Below the pieces are notes generated by a model. The model saw only the letters and a list, made by a program, of their open reading frames with translations, searched no databases and was not told where the DNA came from. 64,000 bases of DNA, taken from NCBI RefSeq assembly GCF_032191835.1, contig NC_083229.1, positions 43,524,001 to 43,588,000 on the forward strand. Direction: 5' to 3'. A program made the position numbers and the translations under genes. Shown piece by piece: positions 11,762 through 21,730 of this stretch. How positions within the stretch are numbered: the stretch's first letter is position 1; every line of letters starts with the position of its first letter. This DNA comes from Heteronotia binoei. Lineage: Eukaryota.

Positions 11762-12164
11762 GTAAGATTTTTAAAAGTTCTTAAACATTTTGGCCATGTT
11801 TTGGGTAAATAGCCAATTTTTAACACAATTCTTGTACTTTTATGTTCTTGTGTGTCTGGTGCAACCTAAGGAGTCAGCCAAAATGCAGGGGGCAAAAATG
11901 CAGGAGAGGAATAAATTAATTTTAGTTAAGAACAGATATGCTGGATGAGGCCTGCATTCTATGTCACATAGTGGGGCCAGGATACTGGCTCCAGAGCAAA
12001 CTCCACATGTTTCTACAATCCCCTTTTGAAGCCTGCCACCACCTCCTGCAGCAGTGAATTCCACAGGTCATTGACTTCTTGTGAGAATGGGAAAAAAGTA
12101 CGTCTTTCTACATCCTGCCACCCCCAGGCTGCGTTTATCCAAGTTATAAAGTCTTTTTTTCATG

Positions 12165-14760
12165 GTGTGATGACTAGGCATCTGGGGCATGCGAGTTTCA
12201 ACACAATAAATAAGACCTTGGCTATCCTAACAGGGGAGATACATATTTCGATTGTAAGATATGCGAACAAGCTAAGTCTAAAGCCTATCCTGTAGCAAAA
12301 AGGAGTAACAGGCTCTCTGAGAGGCCATTGCAGTTAATACACGCAGATGTTATTGGCCCCTACCCCCCTAGCATGTCTAAAAATAAGTTTGCCTTAATAC
12401 TGGTCGACGATAAAAGTCGTTTTGCATGGGTATATGCTATGAAAAATAAATCTGAGGTGTTTACCACATTTAAATACTGGGCAAACAGAGTGCAAAAGCA
12501 TCTGAATTGCAAAATTGGTGCTTTGCAAACCGACATTGGGGCGGGGGGGGGGGATTTATTGGACATCAGTTCAAGTCCTGGCTGAGTGAACAGGGGATTG
12601 AGCATAGAATTGCAAATGTGTCAGCACCAGCTGAAAATGGGGTGGCTGAACGAAAAGGGGGCATACTTCAAACTATGCTCCATGCTATGCTCAAGGATAG
12701 TGACCTGAAAATCACATACTGGTGTGAGGCACTAAAAACCTCATGCTTTGTTGTAAACAGACTATGGACACAGGCCATAAATGAGATACCCTATAAAGTG
12801 TTATATGGTAAAAATCCAAGTCTAGAGTTCTTGAGAATTTTTGGCACAAAAGCCTAGGTCAACATACTGGTGAATAAAAGGAGAAAGGGTGGAGCCAGAG
12901 CTAAGAAATTATTATTTCTGAGCTACCAGAACAGTATGAAATCTTATAGGTTTGCAGACAAGCATAACATGCTAAGCTTTAGTAGCTCTGCATCGTTTTG
13001 TGAGGATCAAAATTGGCAAAGGGTTCATGCGAATGAAATGCCTACAACTGCAGTGTTACCTCTATCTCAGCAGGTTGAGGAGGGGAGTGTAACTATAAAG
13101 CAAGAAGCATCCTCACCAAGAGCAAGACAGAGGTCACAGTCCTCTGAAAGTTCAGAGAGTGCAAAACAGGAAATAAGAGTGTCTAGCAGAGTCAATAAAG
13201 GCGTGCCTCCAGAGAGGAACGGGTTTAGTACGGCTATAAACTATGTGTATTCTAAAGAGCCACAAAACTATGAAGAAGTGCTAGCTTTAGACCGTGAGGA
13301 ACAGGATGGTTGGCTGAGTGCAATGCAGAAAGAATCTGACTCACTGAAAGAAAACAATGTATTCACACCTGCGGTTCTACCAGTGGGTAAAACAGTCATC
13401 AGCTGTAAGTGGCTGTATAAACTGAAACGACTGACTGATGGGTCTTTACAGAAAAAGGCGAGGCTGGTAGCTAGAGGGTTTACAAAGCTAGAGGGCAGAG
13501 ATTTTGACGAAAGTTTTGCACCTACTGTAAGAATTGAAACACTGAAAGCAACGCTGTGTAAAGCAGGTGTGAGTGGCATGACAGTACATCATTTTGATGT
13601 TACAACCGCATATTTAAATGCCACCATAAAGGAGGAATTATATCTACAGCCAATTCCTGGGTTCCTTAATACAAATGATTTGCCTGTCCTAAAAATAAAC
13701 AGAGCCTTGTATGGTCTTAGGCAGTCAGCAAATGAATGGAACAAATGTTTAAGTAAAGCACTGGAGAGTATAGGATTTAATCAAAGTGTGGCTGACCTTT
13801 GTTTATTCAGTCATGAAGTATATGGACAAGAATGTTACATTTTATTCCATGTAGATAATTTGTGTTTCCTATGTAAAAGCAATAAGCAACTTGAGTGGTT
13901 TGTGAAAGAAGCTCAAGCTCTGTTTAAAATCAAACACTTGGGGGAGATACAGCACTATCTCGGCATGGAGATTATTAAGAGTGCAGAAGGCCATTACCAA
14001 TTAAGCCAGGAAGAGAAAATTCAAAAGCTCTTAAAAAATGTATGGGATGTCTGAGTCAAAGGTCGTGCAGAGACCTATGACAACTGGTTATATAAAAGAA
14101 GAGGATGATACTGTTCTAGAAAATAAACAAATGTATCAGTCCTTAGTGGGATCACTATTATATTTGGCATGCTGGACCAGACCCGATATTTGTATGGCCA
14201 TACATCTGCTAAGTCAAAAATGTGCAGAGCCAAGGCAAGGGGACTGGATTGCAGCCAAACGGGTCCTTAGGTACCTGAAAGGTACAGCAGGACACAAATT
14301 AATGAGCACTGACAGTGAACAAGTGCTAATGGCTGACAGTGATGCAAGTTGGGGGGAAAGACCAGACGGGAGGTCTACCTCTGGAAGTGCAATATTCATG
14401 TATGGTGCACTAATTAGTTGGAAAGCGCTGAAACAAACGCATATTTCAATGAGTAGCTGTGAAGCAGAATACTCTGCAATAAGTGATACTATCATCCAAA
14501 TTGAATGGTTAAGACAGCTAATGAGGGATCTGGGAATACAAGTTCCAACACCGGTGGAGGTGTATTGTGATAGCACGGCTGCTCAGCATCTAGCAGTTGA
14601 CAGTGGAATAAAAAGCAGGAGTAAGCACATAAATATCCATTACCAAAATGTTAGAGAAGCTGTAAATAAATCTTGTGGTAATGTGGCAGATGTATTTACA
14701 AAGAATGTAGCAGTGGACAGATTCTTAAAGCTGAGAGAAATGTTGAAGCTAGTGGTCTGA
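12165..14760 (+). pseudogene. copia pol (integrase-RT-RNase H), frameshifted
   Basis: LIHADVIGP...LVDDKSRF, ENGVAERK, KWLYKLK...KARLVARGF, HHFDVTTAYLNA, ALYGLRQSANEW, HVDN (canonical YVDD altered), RPDI, DSDASW...STSG, SSCEAEY, YCDSTAA, RSKHINI. Confidence 0.93.
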
Positions 14761-14774
14761 GACATGAGGAGGGG

Positions 14775-15133
14775 TGTCAGAGTATACAGTCATCAGACCA
14801 CAGCTAGAGCTGCAATGATCTACATGACAGTAGATGATCTAACTGACAGTGGACAGCTGGCAGTCCTCCAGATTGCATCAGCTAGGATGATGTAAGGGGA
14901 AAGAGTATAATGACTCAGCACTAAGCTGATTGGATAATGAACTGTGCTGAACTGTATAAATGTAATGTAGCCCAGTGCTACATGTGGTGGATGGATGGTG
15001 GTTGTATATGCGGAGCACTTTGTTAGTCTGTGTAAATATCTGTAAATAAATAGTGTATATAGTTTGCCTAACCGCAGCTGTGTGCAGACTTTATTCCTTC
15101 AAGTCTCAAGCGACCACACACTAAACACCAACA
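14775..15133 (+). repeat. copia 3' LTR (359 bp) preceded by polypurine tract GAGGAGGGG (14766-14774)
   Basis: TGTCAG start immediately after the PPT and CCAACA end. TATAAA and an AATAAA-like signal lie inside. Confidence 0.8.
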
Positions 15134-17940
15134 ATAAACAGTCACACAGAGGAGGGTGACTATGTTCAATTGAGGCTTGAGGGAGGAGGACTACAAAATC
15201 CCATATTTTCATTTTAAAAAAGAAAAAATCCGCTAATTGCTTCTGAGTTTCTGGACTTTGTAGTTATTATGCTCCAAAGTAACAGGGAGGTTCTGAACAA
15301 TGATACTCTGTGTTTAATCGTGACCATATCCAAATCTCCCAGGGGTGGTGCACATCAGAAAATGTCTAAAACCACCATGAAAAAGTCTATTCCTTACAGT
15401 TTAATCATTGAAAAAAAGAGGCGCTTTCTGGTAGATTATACCTATTATGACAACAACCTCTGTTTTGCGGCGGGGCTCATGGGTGTTATGAAAAGAGGAG
15501 AAAGTCCTACTGATGCAGAAGTCTTAGAGGCCACTAAGAAATTACACGCTGATCAGAAACAAGTGGGTCTCAATGACATATCAGTTGTTGAGGAGCATTT
15601 AAAAGTGAACATCCGGGTGGTGCTGTGTTCAGAGAATGGGTGGAACATATTTAAAACACAGTCCCTGAAATATCCTGAGACCCATTTTATGCTTTTGTAT
15701 CAAGATCATTATCTCGGCGTATTGAATGTTAAGTCTTTTACAGGATCTAGGGGTTTTTACAGGAATTGGCACACCCTGTACAATCATAAGCACAATTGTT
15801 CTTTATTTTGCAGAATGTGTGGAACCTCTGAATGTAAAAACATCAGCGGTACCCCTCAGAAATGTCCCAACTGCTATTTCTACTGTAGCAAAGAATTTTG
15901 CTTAAAACTACACGGGAAGCTGGCAGCCAAGGATGAAATTCCCTGTCCCTCCAGGGTTTGATGTAAAAAATGCTAGTCTTATGTCAACATGAACCACCAA
16001 TATAGAGTGCAGGAAGAGGGTCTGCAGACAATGTTGTGGGGCGCTGGAGGAAGGTGAAGATTTTCATGACATGTGTTACTTAGAGCCTCTGAAAGAGCCA
16101 CCTGTTTCAGCAAAGTACATATTTTATGATTTTGAATGTACTCAAGATGGTGGAGAGCATAAGCCCAACTATGTTTTTGCTAAAGCTTTTGACCAAGACA
16201 AAGAATAGCACATAGCCGGTCAAAGTTGGGAATTTAAGGGTGAAACGTGTGTGTATGAGTTTGTGAAGACAATTACTTCCATGAAGCAGTTTAGAGAAAC
16301 GACGTTTATTATTCATAACTCCAAGGCCTACAATTCTTTATCGTTAAGCAGCTGATTGAAGAGAGGATGGATCCCAAGCTAGTTGCCATAGGGGGAAAGC
16401 TGATGTGTGTGAGTATAAAAACCCTGGACATAAAGTTCATCGACTCTCTGAACCACCTCCCCATGGCCCTCTTTAAGCTACCGAAAGCGCTAGGATTTTC
16501 CCAGAGTAAAGGGTATTTTCCTCATTTTTTCAACACTGAGGAAAATCAGGCTTATGTGGGACCTTTACCAGAGCCCAAATACTATGGGGTAGACCAGATG
16601 ATGCCCAAAGAAAGGGAAGATTTCTTAAAATGGCATGAGGAAAACTGCTTTAATATCCTTGATCTCCAAAAAGAACCAGCTTTTTATTGCCAGCAAGATG
16701 TGAACATTTTGGAACAAGCTTGCACTTTATACCGTTCTGAGATTATGAACATGACATCTCAGGACACTCTCTCCATAGATCCCCTATAATATCTTACGCT
16801 AGCGGGGGTCTGTTTAGCCATGTACAGGTTTAATTTTCTGCAGCCTCTCTCTGTGGCCATTCCCCCTCCTGATGGTTATGACAGGCAAACCAAGAGGTTT
16901 TCATCTTCTTCAATTCAGTGGCTCTGCTACTTAGAGCACTCTGAAAAGATCCATATTCACCATGCACTGAAGGGGGGTGAGTTTAAGGTGGGGAAGTATT
17001 CCCTAGATGGGTATGCAGTGGTGGATGGTAAAAGAACAGCCTTCAAATTTATCGGTTGCTTCTGGCATGACTGCACCCAATGCTATGATCCTTTCAAAAT
17101 CAACAGGGCAACTGGGAAACCATTTCAATACCTTTACTCCACCACCAGGCAGAGGAGTAATGACCTTAAAAGAATGGGGTTTGAAGTCAGGAGCATCTGG
17201 GAACATGAGTGGAATCACCTAAAAAACACAGATGAGTCTGTGAAAACCTTTCTTAAATTAGCTCAGTTTCCTGAGCCTCTGGTTCCTAGAGATGCCCTGT
17301 TTGGGGGGCGCACTAACACCATTACCCTCTACTACAAAGTGGAGGAAGGGGAGGAGATCCACTACTACGATTTCACCAGCCTGTACCCCTTTGTGAATGC
17401 TAGGAAAACATACCCTCTAGGCCACTCCGAGATCATCCAGAATAATTTTGCGCCTCTGACAGAATATTTTAGATTGGCTAACATCAAAGTCTATCCCCCG
17501 AGAGGACTTTTCTACCCAGTGTTGCCTTCCAAAGTGGATGGGAAACTGTTTTTTACATTGTGCAGGACCTGTGCCGAAACAAAACAGCAGGAAACCTGCA
17601 CCCATACCGATGAGGAGAGGTCTCTAGTGGGCACGTGGGTTACAGCAGAATTGCAGAGGGCGGTGGACAGAGGTTATCCAATTGTGAAAATCTTCAAGGT
17701 CTGGCATTTCAAGAACAAATCCAATCAGTTGTTTGTGAAATACATTAAAAGACATTTTAGACAGAAACAGGAATCTTCAGGATACCCTGACTGGTGTGTG
17801 ACAGAGGCTAATAAAGAGCAATACATTGCAGATTTTTATAAAGGGGGGGGGGTTTCCTTCTCCGCCCGAGCATGTACACCCCCACTCGCAAAGCGTCAGA
17901 TCGCTAAACTGTTTCTCAATTCTCTGTGGAGTAAATTTGA
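15134..17940 (+). pseudogene. Maverick protein-primed DNA polymerase B (pPolB), disrupted and truncated at both ends
   Basis: N-terminal LQSN...PRGG region, Cys-rich segment, ExoI FYDFEC, IHNSKAY, KFIDSLNHLPMAL, KGYFPHFFN, ExoIII YCQQDVNIL, Vsr-like FIGCFWH..IWEHEW, PRDALFGGRT, motif A YDFTSLYP, motif B KLFLNSLW. Motif C (YxDTDS) is absent. Confidence 0.93.
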
Positions 17941-18023
17941 AATCCAGGGAGAGCATAACCAGCCTGAGAATGGTAATAACTTCTAAACATTGCGGGGTCC
18001 TCATAATCTTTCACAATCACCAT
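17937..18023 (-). pseudogene. N-terminal stub of small Maverick core-protein-like ORF
   Basis: MVIVKDYEDPAMFRSYYHSQAGYALPGFQ has the YYxxQxG..G motif of the small ORF that follows penton in Mavericks/adintoviruses. It is cut by the deletion junction. Confidence 0.55.
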
Positions 18024-18711
18024 TTTTTCCACGGTCGTAAGTGCAACCTTACGATGACCTTGCCGTAATGGAATGACACGTGTTGGTTCTGTGCAGATCG
18101 TTTCAATATGCTGCTTGTTGACGGGAATGTGGTGGGGCTCATCATAGATGACTGTGATAAAATCGTGAGTTTTCCCTCTTATTGGGACACAGTGCAGAAG
18201 GGGCGCTGCAGTGTCCCCTACCAGCTGGTGTTCTATGATATCCATATATAGGTACAGAGAATTAAATCCTTTGGTAATATCCGTGGCATGGTGAATGTTT
18301 TTGAGTGGGGTGTTAAGGGGCGTCCCCAGCAGCAGCGCTACTTGGTCACGCATAATGAAGTGTGTAACATTCAGGCTGACAAATCTAGTTTTCCCTGATG
18401 TTTGGTCATAAAGGAAACGCACATCGAGTGGTGTATCGGGATGTTTCCGTACAGCTGTGTGCATGGTATCTAATATATGGCAAACGTCTTCATAATAACC
18501 ATGCTTCACTTGGAATTCATTTCTAGTAGTCTTGGTGCAGATTTGGAAATCTGAGGCTTACTGATAGTGTACCAGGTGTAGGGGTACTGAATTTCCACCA
18601 ACCCCACTTCCCCTTCAAATCCAAAGGTTTAAACAAGCACACTGTGAAAGCTGAACTGGTATTTTCAGGAAATAGGTCCTTAGAAGCGTTGTAAAACCCA
18701 TCATCATCCAT
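18017..18711 (-). pseudogene. Maverick PZ / minor capsid (penton)-like gene, frameshifted
   Basis: MDDDGFY..NASKDLFPENTSSAFTV.L.KPLDLKGKW / LVEIQYPYTW / KHGYY / SLYLYMDIIEHQLVGDTAAPLL / VSFHYGKVIVRLHLRP, joined across frames. Confidence 0.8.
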
Positions 18712-19830
18712 CCCGTCCACTAATGTCTTCAGCGGGAACCCAGCTGTTAAATTTGGGTGGCCACCCCCTCCACTTCACTAAGAACTGCTTCTGTTTCTTG
18801 TTTGTTCGGGTTTTTATAATTTTCTCTATTTTGTATGTTCTGTCTTTCCAGCGAGTCACTTTTTGCAACGCCTCTGGATAAAACCCTCCCAGGATCGGTT
18901 CACCATCAAAATCTGCCAGGTGGTGCATGGGCCTCTTGCCCCTTCCGCCCACCTTTTCTATAATAAAGATTTCTTTGGTGAAATTCTGTTCATAACCTTT
19001 CTCAAAAGTTCCCTTTGTTCTAGAAACCCTCACACGGTCCCCTTTTCTAAATAAAACTCTTGTTTCTTTTTTGGGGGGGCCCCAGGACTGCACCGTACAC
19101 CCGTCTCCACACAGTAAGCATGTTAGAGGGCTTGACATCAACAGGCCGTGCCTGAATAGTTTTGTGATAGCTGTGGTTATAGCTCTTGACCAGGTCCTGC
19201 AACACATCCATATACTTAAAAGTGTTATTGGCGGTAAAAATACCTCCACATCTTGGTCTTTAAAGTTCTGTTAAATCTCTCCACCACAGAGGCCTTAACT
19301 TCATTGTTGGTGACAAAATGGTGAACTCTATGCTGTTTTAACAGGGCAGCCATTTTTTTTCAGAAACTCTTTGCCCCTGTCCATTTGTAGCTTTTGAGGG
19401 ACCCTCTCTGACCCCCTAAAAATGCTTTTAAAAGCGGATGCCACCTCTGCCCCTCCTTTACTTTTAGAGGCACAGCCCATGTGTATTTAGACAGGATGTC
19501 TATCACCGTTAGAATGTATTTGTAGCCCCTGTTGTACTTGGAATACTCCTTCATATCAACGAGGTCCCCTTGCCATTGTTCATCAAAATCACCCACAATT
19601 ACCTTGTTTCTTTTGAAATGCACCCTGGCCGGTTTATGCAGGGCATAAGCATCTTGATCATTCAGCCACTCTTTCACCTCTCTTCTGCTCAAACTGTGCC
19701 CCCTCTTAGAGGCGGCCTGAAAGAGAGCTTCGATGCCCCCAAAGCTTCCAGCCTCTCCAGGGGTATAATAAATCTCATTTAAAATATCCCAGGTGTGAGC
19801 TATGACACTTTGGTCTCTTTTGCTACAATG
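18704..19830 (-). pseudogene. Maverick retroviral-like c-integrase with C-terminal chromodomain, frameshifted
   Basis: EIYY..G.AGSFGG, QDAYALHKPAR, QWQGDLVDM...YKYILTVIDILSKY.WAVPLK, FRKGDRVRVS...FEKGYEQNFT.EIF, YKIEKII...FLVKWRGWPPKFNSWVPAEDI. Confidence 0.92.
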
Positions 19831-19887
19831 AGAGTATTTTTATTAGAATGTCAATATACAGATAACAGAGAAACCCCCCCCCCCCCT

Positions 19888-20120
19888 TCACTCTGGCTTT
19901 TTCTGGTTTTCATCCTCTGACTCCTTTGCCTGCACAGACTGTATTTCTTCATGACCTTTCACGACCGTGGGCCCATCTGTCTCCACAGGGATCATTTTTT
20001 CACCAACTGCTTCTTCTATGCACAGAACCCAACAGCAATAGAAGAGCTGAACACTTTCCTCTTTCATTTTTACCGGGGGCTGCAGATTCATTGGCACACT
20101 TAAATGTTTCTGGGACACTC
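19888..20120 (-). other. possible acidic ORF / terminal exon(s) between right TIR and integrase
   Basis: The open frame ends EEAVGEK...QAKESEDENQKKPE*. Acceptor ttctgtgcatag at 20016. AATAAA on the minus strand at 19839-19844. Confidence 0.4.
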
Positions 20121-20283
20121 CTGAGAAGACCAGGTGCACCTAGGTCTATCTTGCAGGGTCTGACCCCAAAGATTTTTTTTACTGAATTTTAAAAACATGC
20201 TGTTTTTCATTAAGCCCCACACAACTGTGAGTTTTCAGGTTTGGGGATACCCCCCAGCACCCTAAAAACAATACCACAAGGTT

Positions 20284-20490
20284 CTTCTCCCCCTGAGCCT
20301 ACCTGCCAGGGTTGTTGTGGCTATCATAGAGCTTGTCCTTGAAAGGACTGCTTTTAGGAGAGCTCTCTCACACCCACCTGCCTCACAGAGTGTTTGTTGT
20401 GGGGGAAGACACTATGGGAGACTGTGAGCCACTCTTAGACTCTGTGTGGTGGGCACAATATAAATCCATTGTCTTATTATTGTTTATAAA
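20284..20490 (+). mobile_element. Squam3-like SINE remnant embedded in right TIR
   Basis: Mirror image of 10535-10725 (ttgtccttgaaaggactgc...cccacctgcctcacagagtgtttgttgtggggg...tataaatcca). Confidence 0.75.
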
Positions 20491-21730
20491 GTTTGTGTGC
20501 TTTTTATTTTAACAAGTCAGAGACAGCAGCAAACAAAGGGGGTGGGGTTCTATGCAAGAAAAATGCAGGCTGAAGGGTAGCTCCCATAGGGTGAAAAGGA
20601 TCATGTGATTCCCTGCTTTCTGATTGGCTAAAGCTTCTTTCCAGTTGTTAGATGTGAGTAAAGTCCGTCTGGTAAGCAACTCTGATTGGCCCCTGGCTTC
20701 ATAGTCACCTCCATGGCTGTAGCGGGGTGTTCAACTTACTCTGTTAGAGTCAGTAGCTCCCTGCCTGCCTGGGATATGCATTGCTCAAAGGAAATTCATT
20801 TAGGAAAAAAGTGTCTGTTTTGAAAGTTGTTTTGTTTTTTAAAAGTGGGCCTGGTAAATTTCTCTACTTTTAGGAACGGGACATGCTTAATGCTTAAACT
20901 TTGCTCTGTCTGTGAGAGGGGGGAAGAGAGGATCTCTCTCCCCCTGCTTTTAGGAAGCTGAAGCGGAACAGCGGGGCTTTGGGTGGACTTTCAGCTTTCC
21001 TGGTGTGCATAGCTCATTCTCTGAAGGAAACCGTGTGTCTATGTCTCTGCTTAAACTGCATGGCTGCTGCTTAAACTTTTAAAAGGACACTCTTCCTTAC
21101 AAGGGTTTATGGATTATTTTCTTACCCATCTGTGTCTGCTTGCTGGGGGCTTGTTTTTGCTGTCTGTGGCTGGCAGTGGGAAGGGGGGGGTAAAAGCTGT
21201 CTCTCTCAGCTTTTGTGCAGGCTTTAAAAAATAAATGGTGTCTGTTCCTTGCAAAAAAAGAACTCTCCCACAGGAAAACATGCATCTGCTTTGCTTTTTA
21301 AAAATGATACTGTTCCTTGTGGAAGAACCGCTTATCATGGCTGCTGGAAGCCCCTGCAAATTTTCTCCAGGTGAAGCCTGGAGAATCTCCAGGAATTTGT
21401 GGTTTCAGCTCCCTCCTTTTCAAATAGTACTGCAAAAATATTTCAAAAGCACAAGTCTGCACCCAAGCATTTCCCCTGTATAATAAACCTTTTCATTTTC
21501 CAATGCCCCACTGTACAAATGCACAGCATATAAAAAAATACAGTTTGCACCAAACAATTTCTGTATTAAAAACAACAGTAGCCATATTGCCTTCTTCCCA
21601 GAAGTCCAGCCCCAGGGGGATGGCTCCACCCCTGACAGTTCCAGGTGGGAAGGGGGAGCCAGGAAGGCGGGACTTCCAGTCAGACCCATCAAATCTTTGA
21701 TTTGACATGTGGTAGCCCCCTATTCCTCCT
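20284..21730 (-). repeat. Maverick right terminal inverted repeat (about 1.45 kb)
   Basis: Reverse complement of the left TIR, with substitutions and indels. Confidence 0.88.

Larger units (their letters stand above)
11845..15133 (+). mobile_element. Ty1/copia LTR retrotransposon, 5'-truncated, nested in the Maverick
   Basis: Order is gag-pre-integrase (RHLGH), rve integrase, RVT_2-type RT, RNase H, PPT, LTR; integrase before RT is diagnostic of copia. No 5' LTR seen. The 5' boundary is approximate. Confidence 0.92.
9145..21730. mobile_element. Maverick/Polinton element, internally deleted, with nested copia
   Basis: Both ends read AGGAGGAATAGGG inward. Flanks AATGTG (9139-9144) and AGTGTG (21731-21736) form a 6-bp TSD with one mismatch. 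Long TIRs. Internal pPolB, c-integrase with chromodomain and penton-like genes. Confidence 0.92.

Noticed and set aside
13268-14576. Antisense ORFs (103 and 120 aa) over copia pol
   Set aside because: Shadow frames of a coding region with no recognisable motifs.
19990-20040. Possible LxCxE Rb-binding motif (VLCIEE) in the right-end ORF
   Set aside because: It reads VxCxE rather than LxCxE, and probably falls in intron/acceptor sequence.
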